A DNA stretch of 64,000 nt from Lytechinus pictus (Eukaryota): positions 24,738,001-24,802,000 of the forward strand of contig NC_087254.1 in the NCBI RefSeq assembly GCF_037042905.1. Direction: 5' to 3'. Below the pieces are notes generated by a model, which saw nothing but the letters and a program-made list of their open reading frames with translations, had not been told where the DNA came from and made no database searches. Positions within the stretch are counted from its first letter, which is position 1. Each line of letters starts with the position of its first letter. Shown piece by piece: positions 36,101-49,400 of this stretch. A program made the translations under genes and the position numbers.

Positions 36101-38071
36101 TCCATTGTTAAAGGCCAATAAATGTTAATCAACAAAAGACTTAACCAATGAGATTAGGGAAATAAGGAAATGTTAACACTGTTTTATGAAATTGTAATTT
36201 TTTAGTTAGATTTAAATCTTTGTGAAACACCCCCTCCCCTATCCAATCATTTGATATCAAAGTATATTTTCTGCTGTAGGAATTGCAGTTTGCCAGAGGG
36301 AGTAGTCATAACGATGAAGTTACAGATGTCATACAGGTGCAGCTAAGCTCATCATCTGATACAACACCAGAGGTCACACCTAGGTTAGCTGAAGACACAC
36401 AACCTCTTCCAACCAACTATTCACAAAGTAAGATCTTGCAAAAATTATTCAGTTAGGTTTGTATCTTGAACATGTGCAGTGCTTAATTATTTTTTTGTAG
36501 TCTTCGTTAGCACTTTCTTTCATGATATTTGATTTTGAAGTGAAATTCCCCCAGTTATTTCAAATGATATTCTTTAGTCTTTTAATTACATGGATTTTTT
36601 TTTTCATTTTACTTAGAAAATAAAAGGTATTGAAAATGTAGGATTCATTTTGTCTTATTAGAAATAGTCCTTTGTCTCCCAAACCACACTGATCTTTTTT
36701 CTAACCTCATCAAGATAGCCATACTTTAGGATGACAACAAATTTACAACAACAAAAAACTTTTTAATATGAAAATGTCTTTCAAATGAATGGGTTCCTCA
36801 AGTTTTTGAGATTTATTTTATATTAGCCTTGCTGTCTATTCCTCAGATTGGAAAAATATGACAAAGATTCCATAACATAAGAATTTTGTTGAGGTTAGGA
36901 ATGTTTACAAATTTTTCTTTCATAGGTAAACCCTCTCCCCAAGTACACATAAGAACTCATCACTCACACAGCTCAGATGGGGAGGCACCCAGCAGTGATT
37001 CATCAGCCAATCAGAGGCACACACCATTGATGATGTCATCATTAGGGGAGGAGTCTATGCAAGATGTGTGGCGTCTTCTTGACGATGGGGCCAGCCCATT
37101 ATTTTTCAGATCACCTTCTCCAATGCGTATACCAGGTACAGCTCTATCGATACCATATCAATGTGTACATTTAATATAAATATTTTTCAATTCCTGCTGA
37201 AACATAAAATATGTTAAGTAATATTTGATTTTAAAAAATCAAGGACAATACTTGAACAGAAATATTATTATGAAATATATTTTTATATCTAGGTAAATCC
37301 TATTGATAAAGAAGGCCCTTGGCCAAATTTTCCTTTGCCATGCAAAAGTGTAATAATAATATAGGGTATTTATATTGCGCACATATCCACCTTGTTAGGT
37401 GCTCAAGGCGCTCCTATATTACCCGGCTAAGCTAGGCGTTCATAGCGCACACAGCTTTTTAAGGAATTACTTCCTACCGGTACCCATTTACCTCACCTGG
37501 GTTGAGTGCAGCACATTGTGGATCAGTTTCTTGCCGAAGGAAATTACGCCATGGCTGGGATTCGAACCCACGACCCTCTGTTTCAAAGTCCGAAGACTAA
37601 TCCACTGGGCCACAACGCTCCACATAAGAAATTATGCCTAAGAAAATTTATGATGTCACATCTCATCTACTTTGAACATTTTTAAAAGAATTTTCTCCAT
37701 TTTATTCCAGATTTTACATGATATTCTTGAAGTGACTACTTGTATATTTTATAAAGTGTCTTGATTTGTGTCCAATGGTTCAGATACACTAATTTGACAA
37801 CAACAACAAATTTGCATTGTTAACAGACCACTCTCCTATACCAGAGGAGCCTCAGTCCTCCATTCCATCCAGTCACCAATCCCATCAGCGCCACTGTACA
37901 GGAGGCCTAGAGGTTGCTGGACATAGTACCCACTACCAGGTCAGAGGTTCAAACCCCTCCATCAAACCAGAGTTATCCTCCAAGGCAGCAGGAAAGATAC
38001 AACCCAAGTTACAGCCTCCCAAGAGAAAAATTAGAAATTATGCACTTAGAGACAGTAATGATGTGAGGTGA
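15194..38071 (+). CDS. CCDC57: Coiled-coil domain-containing protein 57, 1092 aa, 19 coding exons
   Basis: Exons 15194-15432, 16092-16280, 16557-16767, 17285-17442, 18525-18599, 19678-19878, 20534-20692, 21145-21307, 21679-21816, 22571-22799, 23340-23537, 24011-24111, 24408-24608, 34243-34302, 34655-34759, 35284-35532, 36280-36427, 36926-37135, 37827-38071. Total 3279 nt with phases matching throughout. Motifs KEQEWRHLQ, EDFKFNLKLLAERDQELD, HKELDRYAREK, LDWQRR, KQKLIEMGNRLR and C-terminal KIRNY match vertebrate CCDC57 as recalled. Confidence 0.9.
17790..17962 (+). mobile_element. Diverged copy of the CAG-duplicating MITE family
   Basis: GTGGTTGTTTCATAAAGCTGTTT...AAACAGCTTTATGAAACTGCCCC followed by CAG. 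Confidence 0.75.
18679..18890. other. Assembly gap (212 N) next to a CAT/AAT microsatellite
   Basis: Run of N; trinucleotide repeat at 18614-18678. The flanking CCDC57 exons join in frame (RK|HKELD), so no exon appears to be missing. Confidence 0.98.
25405..26107 (+). mobile_element. Right half of the hAT element family seen at 11427-12931
   Basis: Colinear with ~12175-12931 and ends GGTCACCCTG; the left TIR is absent. Confidence 0.85.
31573..32531 (+). mobile_element. HINE/pearl-like element, second copy, nested in the piggyBac-type element
   Basis: TTTTTGTCTCACCTGCAT...ATGCAGGTGAGACGGCCAGAGGCATTCCACTTGTT, with internal repeats spaced ~192, 163, 162, 163 bp. Confidence 0.85.
33529..33860 (+). 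mobile_element. Head-to-tail pair of CAG-duplicating MITEs (33529-33686, 33690-33860)
   Basis: CAG|GTGGGTGTTTC...GAAACGGACCC|CAG|GTGGGTGTTTC...GAAACGGACCC|CAG|GTAAGT. Confidence 0.9.
37351..37623 (-). mobile_element. tRNA-derived SINE
   Basis: Minus strand: GTGGAGCGTTGTGGCCCAGTGG (A box), GGTTCGAATCCC (B box), body with ACTCAACCCAGGTG...AAATGGGTACC, and (ATT)n tail. Confidence 0.85.
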
Positions 38072-38335
38072 CAGTAAACATGTCTGGTGACAGGGACGAT
38101 GTCAGGTGACAGTGGAGATGTTAAATGCGATGTCAGGTGAGAGTTAGGATCTCAGGTGATGGTGGATATTTCAAATGTGATGTCAGGTGACAGAAAGATT
38201 TTAAGGGTCGATGACGATGTGAGGTAACAGTGAAAACTATCAGCTTAATAGTGGAGTTGCTAGGTGTTGCTGATGATATAAGGTGATGATGAAAATTTCA
38301 GTTAATGATGAAATCAGATGACTGTTCAGATATCA
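38060..38335 (+). repeat. Degenerate minisatellite, core GATGTCAGGTGACAG, overlapping the CCDC57 stop codon
   Basis: About ten decaying copies spaced ~20-30 bp apart. Confidence 0.7.
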
Positions 38336-41067
38336 GGGAAGCATTTCACCTACATTGTTGCCTGACAAGTCAGTTCTGAAAACTTTGCTTGACTTTGATT
38401 GGCAGAGAAGCCTAGATGTCTGATTGTTAAAGACTTTGTTGGATCAAACATCCAACAAGTTCTTTCTTGAAACCTGTCCCAGCTATCAGTGATGATGTCT
38501 GAAGACACTATTCTGAAAAAGGGGCTAAATTTGTGGTTACTCTGGTCTAAAGGTGTGGTTTAACTATGGATAGCCAATAGTATCACAAACATCTAACAGA
38601 ACAGGTTCAACTTGTCAGCTCATTTATATGTTACACACGCATCATTCAGAACTGTCTGGGAATCATAAGTATTAAAGATGGTCTTTTCTTCACCATTAAA
38701 CCATGAGGAAAGTGCAAAATAACATGACAAATAAAATTTTGATGATTTTGGCTTCCTATAAATTTATCACAGTTTGAAGATCATGGCCTAAGTTAAACTA
38801 TACTTCAGAATACGGTCATGAAGGTTCTCCATGTTGAATGTCCTTGAGGAGTAATGACAACCTACATTGATGGTAATTTAACAGAAGTAGCATTGTGGAG
38901 TGGGTGAATCTCCTGACCAGCAATGAACAGGTGGTGCTATGGGGTTTGATCTTCAGAAAATTTACTTATGGTACTCACCGTGTGGTCATTGTCAAAAAGC
39001 CTTTTAATTTTGTTACTAGGAATGCAAATATGTGGATGCAATTAGAATGCAAAATAGTCTTATGTACTTAAAACTGAAGCCAATTTTCCATTGAATCAGT
39101 ACCCAATCACAAAATGAGCCTACTTCTGGCATGACATTTTCTAGCAAAATGTCATGTAACATCACTGCACTATGCCCTTATGGCTTATGCCTTGAATATT
39201 TGTGCATTTTTTAAATAATGACAAAATCTTTGGTCACAATACAGTCATTTTACTTTTTGTCTAGCTTTATTTATTTGAGATTTTCATACGTTCAGCAATT
39301 TATTTCTGAAAAATTTCCAAAAGTTTGGAGTGACAAAATGTCCCCGAAATTATCCAATTGAATCTATATAACAAATATATATATATTTTTTTATTTCTCT
39401 AAAATTGAAAATATGTGTTTAATGTCATACATCTAGTTTTTTGTACAGTCCAGAATCCAGATTCTCCTGTAAGGAGTAGAAAAACTGTAGTTGAGTATGA
39501 AATCCCTTTGCATGACCAGTCTATAAATGAATTCAAAGCCCTTTTATTGAGGAGGAAAATAAAGTTTGGTTAAATGTCCACCTAAACATGAAATAATTAC
39601 CCAGTATAATTGCCCAGTTCACCAGTTTTACATGAAGAGATTTTATGGGGAGTCTGGGAAGTCATCCCCCCCCCCCAAAGAAAAAAATACAATTGATATT
39701 AAATATTTACTGTTTGTCTGTGGGTAACACAGGGTCCATTTGCCTTGCCTACGTGAATTTCATTTAAATATGCCTATATTTTGCAAAGGCGATCTCAAGA
39801 CTTACAAAAAAGTGTACTTGGGTGAGCAACAGATTGTAACATCATACTACATTTCCTTTCATTCTTCATTTTAACTTCAGTAAACTTGTCCAGTAATATT
39901 GGATAAACACAATTTTTTATATAGGCCTACTGTATTAGTTACTGCATGCATTCCAAATCTTCCAATCAAATATTTAAAGAAAACTGTCTCATAAATATTG
40001 TATTAATTTAAATAAATGTTTTTATTTTTCAATAGAAAAAATAAATTATTAATATTATTGAATATTTATATCGCTTGTCAATTCTGCTTGTATCATGTTT
40101 GTCAATGGAGAGTCGAGTACCAATGAAGGAATGATATAAAACTTTAATAGAAATATAGAACATTTACATTTGAGTTAATACATGTTAACTGCGTAGCATT
40201 TGCAAATACCATGTACGGTATATACCCCCTCCCCCATAAACAATTAAGTTTTACCCCTGCACTTCCCCTCCCTATCTTCCCTCCCAATTTGATGTTGTTG
40301 GAATCAAAGGATACTCTGCTGGAGTTACTTATTGGAGGAAACAAGAAACCTCGTGTACAAAAATGACTCGTCCAGTTTAGTTGCTTCTCAGTGCCAAGTC
40401 CTTTGGGTAGGAGGTACTCGACATTAACAGTATATTCCTGTAATGATGCATTTACCGTATATTGTAATTGTCAACTGCCTGTCCTCAATAGAAGCAAGCG
40501 ATGGGTAATGGTTCATATAAATCAGACACAGTGCAAAAAGCTCAGCAATATTTTGTATACAGACTCAACAGGATCTGAAGCAACAACTAAAATAGCAGAT
40601 GCAAGGTAGTTTTTTGTCACAAGGAGATGAAAATTGTTTGCCGTTAAAATTGCTTGAAAAGGTGGTACATTGTCGATTTTTGTGCATGGAAAGACTCGTG
40701 ACATCATACAACATACATGTAACTCTATGACGTAATAATAAAATCATGACTAGTCGCGACATAATGAAATAATTATGACATGAAACTGGGTCGGAGATTT
40801 TAAGACTAGAAGTTTCACGTAAATAATCATTTTATAAAAATTTATTCAGCAGAAGAGATGATTTATCTCAAGGTGTCTGGACACCATGAAAAATATTGCT
40901 GAGCTTGGTACAATGCTAATCAATTGTTGAACACAATGTACATGTAAGCTACTGAAACCATATGTGCATTTTATTTTGGGACAACTACTCTTTCCTCTTC
41001 CCACTCCACTCTTTTTTTTCCCTCTCTTTCCTCTTCTCACAACCCAACCCCCCCCCCCACTCCTTAT

Positions 41068-41934
41068 TATTTTATACGCCCATCCTAGGGGATGTATTAT
41101 GGTATCACGCTTGGTGTCCATCCGTCCGTTAACTTTTCCTTGTAAACGCAATAGCTTAACCTAAGCTCATATGAATTGGTGTGTATGATACAAGCATGAA
41201 TCCCAGGAAGCCTATTGATTTTGAGATCAAAGGGTCATAGGTCAAGGTCACAGTGACATGTTTTCATCTTACCCTTCTGAAGTCCTTGTAAACACAATAA
41301 CTTTAGTTAATTTAACCTAGGCTCATATAATTTGGTGTGTATGATACTAGCATGAATCCCAGGAAGCCTATTGATTTTGAGGTCGAAAGGTCAAGGTCAC
41401 AGTGACATGCTTTCATCTTACCCTTCTAAAGTCCTTGTAAACGCGATAACTTCAGTTTAACTTTAATAACCTAGGCTCATATAATTTAGTATGTATGATA
41501 CTAGCATGGATCCCAGTAAGCCTATTGATTTTGAGGTCAAAAGGTCAAGGTCACAGTGACATGTTTTCATCTTGCCCTTCTGAAGTCCTTGTAAACACGA
41601 TACATTAGTTGATGTACCTAGGCTCATGATTTGGTGTGTATGATACTAGCATGGATCCCAGGAATCCTATTGATTTTGAGGTCGAAAGGTTAAGGTCACA
41701 GTGACATGCTTTTATCTTACCCTTCTAAAGTCCTTGTAAATGCGATAACTTAAGTTGAACTTAACCTAGGCTCATATGATTTGGTGTGTGTGATACTAGC
41801 ATGGATTCCAGGAATTCTATTGATTGTGAGGTCAAAGGTGAAGTCGCCACCTTCCACTTTTCTTGCTTGACCAATAACTCCATTTTCCACGTTACAGGCG
41901 GCGTATTATGTGCTCACCTTAGCAACACTGTTTT
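41068..41934 (+). mobile_element. Second HINE-like family with ~148-bp tandem array
   Basis: T-run start ATACGCC, GTCC microsatellite, CCTTGTAAA recurring at ~41138, 41284, 41433, 41587, 41732, and 3' inverted GGCGTAT near 41900. Confidence 0.75.
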
Positions 41935-42225
41935 CTCTTATGACTATCTCTGAGCTCCCCTGAATCACCATTCCTTCTGCATACTCCCCCCTCCCTTCCT
42001 TTTCTTCTACTTACAGCTTTCTGTATCATCTGTCTCCTCTTTTTCACTTGACCATTTTTTATCGCCTATTTGTTCCCTCTTTTATGCTTTCCTCTAATAC
42101 CCTTCCTCTTTCTACCCCCCTCCCCCTTAATTCTCTCTGCGTGTCAACATATTCCCTTCTTTCTTATTTGACCTGTGTTTATGCACAAATGACTTAAAAT
42201 ATACAGGTTTGTTTAATAAGCATAA

Positions 42226-42752
42226 GGGATGGTCCGGACTGGAAATGTTTATATCTAAATGAATAGAGTAAAATTCACAGAGCAAAATGCTGAAAATTTC
42301 ATCAAAATCGGACAATAAATAACAAATTTTAAAATTTATCAATATTTTGTGATAACAGTTATGTGCGCATCGTCATGAATATTCATTAGGTGGGCTGATG
42401 TCACATCCCCACTTCCCTTTTTCTTATATTATTACATGAAATCATGTTTCATTTTTTCATACATGTGTAAATGATGTGCCTCCATTAAGATGAGTTGCGG
42501 CAATAAATAACTAATGTACTTAATCACTTGTCAATCCAATTGTTTTAGTTCTTGGTAGAAAATTTTTGAATAAACCTTATTTCATATAATAAAATACAAA
42601 AGAACAAGTAAGGGAATGACATCATCAGCCCACCTAATGAACATTCATAAAGACATGCCCAGAACCGTTTCACCAAAATATGCAAACCTTTAAAATTCAA
42701 TAATTTCGTTATTTGTTATCCAATTTTGATCAAATTTTCAGCATTTTGCTTT
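42226..42752. mobile_element. Long-IR MITE, degenerate; related to the 47175-47733 family
   Basis: GCAAAATGCTGAAAATTTCATCAAAATCGGA versus CCAATTTTGATCAAATTTTCAGCATTTTGC; ATTAGGTGGGCTGATG/CATCAGCCCACCTAAT. Confidence 0.7.
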
Positions 42753-43410
42753 GTGTGTGTCTTTTTCCTCTTTTTCTAAATTTTTGGATAACCACAATTT
42801 CATTTATATTTAGGGGTATAGATCACTTTGGGAGGGATAATTTGGGTGAAAAAAGCATGTAGATTTGATCACTAAAAACATTTTGTTTTGTGGCAGTTAT
42901 TGTATATACTAAAATGTAGTTGAATGCCTTCCCTTCCCAGCTGCATAAAACAAGTGAGATGAACAAAGTATACCAGCAGAACCACATCTAGGATTTTTCA
43001 AATGTTTCATTACTTTTACTTATATTTATAAACAGAAAAAAAATCTCCTTTATAGAAATATGAATTTCTATCCTTCCAACCCCCCCCCCCAAAAAAAAAT
43101 AATGCAATGGTAATAATGAAATTAAATATAATCCCTTTATGAATGCTCTGTTGCACAACTGATGTTGACATCCTGGTATCGATTTCATGCAATGTCATCT
43201 GGTGTTCTCTCTGGCTCATATTAACAATGCTTGTTGCTGACACAGGCTGAGCAATCCACCTTGCTAAAAATCACATTCCAGGCTATCTTCTGTGCATTTG
43301 ATATACAGTGTATATCTACGTCCCTGCACATACATTTTCTTCTGAAAGTGGCCTCCTTCAATGTCAAATGAGTCAATATATTTTCCATAAAATTTTTTTT
43401 TTTTCGTTGC

Positions 43411-46400
43411 TCAATCATCAAAGGAAACCTGTCGTTCATGCTTGGTCGCCGAGTATGCCTTTTTCACTCTTAATCTCTCTCTGTTTGCAGATTCCACTCT
43501 AGAATGATATAAAAGGTAGACAACAGAAATTCCAATTATATTTTATATAAGAAATGTCTTTCAGTGAAAATCCTACTGGACATCATTTTGCTTAAAATCC
43601 TCCCATTTCATAAGTCATAAACAAGCAATTTTTTTTTTCCTGGGGCTACTTTTTCACAACTTTCTGTCTACATGTTGCTCTGTAACATTGGATAAGCATT
43701 AAAATTGAGATGAATGGGGGTTACAAGGGCCCCTTCTCGAAGTTTCCAGGGCTCTCATGAGCATTTTGAGGGCCCCCAAGCCCCCATTCAAGTTTTACCC
43801 TGGTCACAAAACAATGAGTGATGTAGAAATGCTGAAGAGAATTCCTGTTAAAAGGTGCAGCATTGGCTTTGGTTTAACTGTAAAATACTGTTATTTTAGA
43901 ACATAAATATGATTCTTTTCTTTCTTTCAATTGCATAATATAAAGATCAGAAAATGAAACATAAGAAACTCCATGAAATTCTTGATTTCAATGATATATT
44001 TCTCAAATTTTTCTGACTGTATTAATACCACTTCATGTGCTGTTCAAAAATTATGACCGAATTTACACAAGAACTGTGACCCTTTCTTGGGTGCTAAATC
44101 AGATTTTCAGTATTTTGATACCCATAAGCTTCAGAATATCTTTGTAGATTAAAATTCTCATTGTAAAGAGGCATCTGAGTGAAAGTCAGTAAGTCATCCA
44201 CGTTTCAATCTGGTTTAGTCCTACACTACGAGGGTTGCTGGATTCACCTCAAGAAGTCACCCTCACCTCTACTCTCCTCCACTACTTGCTCCTTCAATAT
44301 ATTTAAAGTTTCAATTCAATATATTTCAAAATTTTGATAGGGTTATAGAAATGCATTCCAATTACGTGAAAAACAGAAAATGTGGGGTATTTTATCCAGT
44401 ACAAAGAAAGGTTTACTGTTCATGCATTAGGTATCTGTACAGCTTAATGAAACAATCCCCATGCGGACTTTCCCTTCTTTACTCTTTTACCTTAATCTTC
44501 TTACAGCCTTGTCCTTTTCACTTGGTTCCTTAGGTTTGCGCTCTGCCTCTGCAACCATATCTCTGATCTTTTGAAGACAATCACTGAAGTTTCTGATCTG
44601 TGACCTCGTTCGTTCAGACACCAATACCATCTCCCCTCTGCTATTTATTTTATTCTTTTGCTAAATTGGGACAAACACAAGAGAAAATATAGTGCTCTGT
44701 ATTTACATTGTGAAAATCCTATGCTGATAGTGAACTGTTATACTAACAATTTTTTACAACAGAAAAAGCTGTTCTCCTTGGACATTTTTATCTGCATTAT
44801 TCAGCATCCCCCTTTCCATTAAAAAAGGGGGAAAATACTCAGTACCCATATGTCCTAGGAAAAAAAAACACTTTACAGACTAAGAAGTTACACTTTCCTT
44901 CCAATCAAACCTTACTTCAAACCAAATACATTTTTTATTAATAACTTCTCTCCTCTTCCCTCCAACTCTTCCCCTTCAAGTAGCTCCCCGCCCAAAACAA
45001 ATCACATATACTCCCTAATCCACACACACACACACAATTCTCCCCCCCCCCATCCCCATCCTGCCAAATACACCTTATCATGGTACATTAAAACATGAAC
45101 AATTACCTGAACTTGGAGTTTATCTCTAACATTCTGAGGTAACCATTCTGCTGTAGCAACATGAAACCTGACATCCACCTTCGTTTCCACTATATCAAAT
45201 GAAATATCTTGCATCAGTATGTATCCTTCTCATTAACTTGGACTATACAAGAATATTAGGCTACTATTATATTAGTCTGCATTTAAAGTTACATCATTTC
45301 CAAATCAATTCAATGGTTCTATGCTTCAACATTTTATTGTCAATTTCAGGGTGCAATTCACAGATTTTGAAATCTGTCTTTCACCTTCATCTTCACACTG
45401 TTAGACCTTTATAAACTTTGCAAGTTTCAGTATTCAAAATAAAAGCAGTAATTTCATATTGATGACACTTCTTAGATCATTTTTAAACATGTCATTAATT
45501 AAATAACAATAAATTATTAAATATGTTTTAACATATATATAAATCATGATTTTCATTTAGTTCCATGGGTCATAAAAGAAACATTCAACATGAATAATTC
45601 AATTCAATTAGGATTTTGAAGAGGCTTCCTTTTAAAACAAGCAAATTGTATCCCAATTCCCATGAAAAAATAAATAAATTAAAAAAGCAGTTTAACTTTC
45701 ATCAAATCAAAGGAGATCCTAAGATTTTTATCTCTCAATGGATAAAATGGTAATTTTTATCCTTTCGTAGGATTTCCCGTTCCATATTCTTTTCAATATC
45801 TAGATTTTTTTCTAATGAAAATTCAATCTAAAAAAATAACCTTACATTAGATGTGGGCAAGTGTCTTAAAATAGTAAACTGGTGATCACAATACTTCATT
45901 TATTGAAAGAAAAATAATTATCATAATGTTCTTTCACATGGCATACTTCTGTCAGCTCAAGGAGGGATATGTTAGAAAACCATGTATTACCTTTATTTAC
46001 ATTTTGACCCCCTGCTCCACCACTTCTGCTGTACTTCACCATCAACTTATCTGAAATGAAAAATAATAATCAATTAAATACTCATTATTCTTCTCCAGAT
46101 TGGTAATTGCTTTGCATTCACTTTCAAATTCTAAAGAAATATATTTTTTAAATCCTGAAAACCCAATAGGAGCATGCATACATTTGACAAGTGTGTGCTT
46201 GAATACAATAAAAACATTTTAAATAAAATGCTTACCATCATGATAAATTGATAATGTAGATTCATTCCATTATTTTAATGTTTTGTGTGGATGGAAAAAC
46301 ATTAGTTGGGCAAAAATATAGGGGCCCCATTACATAAAAGATACCATTATGGTAACTTTGCCATTCAATGGTAACTACCATAGTAACACTGATCAATAGT

Positions 46401-49400
46401 CAATAAACATCAAGGATTCCATGCAAGTTACTATTGCACAGCAAAGTTACCATAATGGTAATTGTTATACAAAGGGGCACTGATGCAGCCATCTAAAAAA
46501 AAACAAAAAAACAATAGAATATGATGGCACCTATTTAAAAACAAATAACCTGAGTGGGAAATATGAAATGTTGCCTTACTTGGCCTTATCCACAAAGTGA
46601 CACCCCCAAAAAATAAATATATAAATTATAAATAATAATAATAAAATAATAATGATAAATAATAATAATAATTAAATATAATACAATAAATATTATTATA
46701 ATAAGAAAAAGAATAAGTAAATTAATATTTTAATAATAATAAATAAATAAAATAAAATAGTAAACAAAATAATGGATATAACATTAACAATAAAAATTAT
46801 AATTATAACTAGCACAACCCTAAAAAAACAAAAAACATCCTAACTACATCAGAAGAAAGAGAAGTAAAAAAATGCATATTCTGTGCACATTTTAAAGCAA
46901 CATGATCTCTCAATCATTTAAGCTTAAGTTTCAATGAAAATATCTGTGAAATATGAATTTTTTATTTCTATTAATTATTTATCACATACATTTTAATGAA
47001 AATAATCATTGTAATCCTTGAATTGACTACAATTATTATCATACACACAATGAAAAGTGTGTAAAATTGTGCCGTGTAACGTCAGTTACCGTGAAAATGC
47101 CCATTATATGAATGCATTGGAAACCTCGAAATCACTTTTCACATCGAAATTCACAAATTTTTAACTTGCAACTTAAAAAAAGAGTTGATTTGAATAAAAA
47201 GAGAAAAGTCCAACATGCATAACACTGAAAATTTCATCAAAATCGGATGTAAAATAAGAAAGTAATGACCTTTTTAAGTTTCACTTGATTTCACGTATAG
47301 AAACGGTTATATGCACATCCCAGTTGGTATGCAAATGAGGGAACTGATGATGTCACCCACTCACTGTTTCTTTTGTTTTATTATAAGAAACATGAAATAT
47401 TCTAATTTCTTCTTCATTGTTTTATGAAAAAAGTTTGATTTTCTCAATGAGCATGTGGAATTACCATTGTTTAACATTTTATGGTTCAGTCAATTTGGTC
47501 CTTATCTGTGAAAATTGAAATATAGTGTAATTCAAATAATTAAAAAAAAATAGAGACATTATTGATTCTCTCATTTGCATGTGACTAAAGTGATCCTGTG
47601 TAAAATAAGCAAAAACAAAAATGTCATAACTTTCACATTTTACATCAAATTTTGATATTTTCAGCATCATGCTTGTCTGATTTTTCTCCATTGATTCATA
47701 TCAACATTTTTCTGAGGTGGACTGGACCTTTAAACATTTCATATGTATATGAGTATCTAAAGGAAAGTGTAGCATTGAAAATGTGGCCAATTTGAGAATA
47801 AAAGCTAATTATGTAGGCCTGCTTCAAATAATCCATGTTACCAAATACATGCAAGATAAAGGGGTGTTAAAAGAATGATTGAATAACTGTCTAAAATTAC
47901 TGTAATTTTCAGAGGTATTCTAATTGAGATCAATATGTTCAAGAAGCTTCATATCGGTCATAACTATACTTACCAACTGGAATTTGTCCACTGAACTTTA
48001 ACCCAGAATTCTGATCTGTGGTCTGAATAGAATGAAACAGATTGTAAACTATATAAAATTCTGATAGTGACATAATCTGACTAGTTAGGAATACATAATA
48101 AACACTAAAATTTTATATTTTGCAATGTATAGCGTGGTACCCTAAGCTAAAGGTTAAAATGTGTAGACTCAATTTCAGGGTTTCATGAGGCAAACCCCCA
48201 TCAAAATATAATCTGAGTGCCCCCCCCATGTCTCTTCGCATACACCTTCTGCACAATTCTAAGAAAAGACAAGTAACGACCACATACCTTACGCCTGCAA
48301 TTCATAGAGATATTCATCTAGAGCTATAAAAAATTGTGATTTTTGAAATTACTTATTACAGACATTACATGTGAAGGTCTCAAAATTCAACTTTCCTCAT
48401 TCCCATCCTCCAACCTCCTCAATCCTTTTATCATTTCTACTTCTTCCTCCTCCTCCTCCTCCTCCCCTTCCAGTTCCAATATTTGTTCCTTCCTCTACTC
48501 CTTAATTTTTTCGTCATCTTCCTCGATCCTTCTCTATCTCTTCTATCTATTATACTATTAATTTGCTGAAGATCTATGTCTGGACAGATTGTTTGTCCAT
48601 GTAAAATATTACTTTCAGGAACTTTGTAATCAATAAGTTATAATTTGTTTGAAAAATAAACATGTCTAGATCTAGGTCTAGTTATGACTGTTGGGGAAAA
48701 CCCATCAAATAGATAAATCACAATAATTTTTCTCCCTTATCACTCTTCCACTCTCAATTACAATTAAAATTGCACTTGCATCAGCTTCGATCCATTACTT
48801 ATCTTGCCAATAACTACAGTACATGTATAACCAAACATGATTATTCTAGAATATGAATTATTCTTAAACCTGTTATGTCTGGCTTAACTTTGTCTTTGAT
48901 CATCTACAGTATGATGGTGGTCCCCAAGTCTGCACAACTTACCATTTTAGTTAAGATTTAACATGAATTTCTTTTTATTTCACAAAATCTTTCAGTAATT
49001 ATGTTCGTTATATTATGAGTAAGTGTACCAAATATATCATAAAGATTTTAAGTATAGGATTTTCTTGGAAAAAACCTCAGGCATTCATTTTCAGATTGAA
49101 AAAAAAATGGTACCCCATGTCTGCGCACTTTGCACACGATTCGGGTATTTTGATGAGAAAGGTTGCATTTTGAGGCCGTCACATGAAATGCCCAAAATTC
49201 ATTATTTTTCCACCATTTTGAGTTGGATAAATTTTTTAGTGAATATCTGTGTTGCATCACTTGCATGTGTAAAGTTAGTGTTCGTTGCGTATCTTTTACT
49301 AGAAATAGAATCGCACAGATATGCGTGTGCGCAGACAAGGGGGAGTGGGGGACTGCACAGACTTGGGAGTTGGGGGAACTTGCCATGTAGACCAAAAGCT

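Noticed and set aside
35790-36118. Two overlapping minus-strand ORFs in a CCDC57 intron
   Set aside because: No recognisable domain; adjacent to a MITE end at ~36208-36233, so probably repeat interior.
37550-37623. Possible second tRNA gene on the minus strand
   Set aside because: It continues into a SINE body and tail and lacks a proper acceptor stem and terminator; it is a SINE head.
44170-44300. Possible intronic C/D snoRNA in ICT1 intron 5 (minus strand GGATGA...CTGA)
   Set aside because: The boxes are only 4 nt apart, with no upstream canonical C box or terminal stem.
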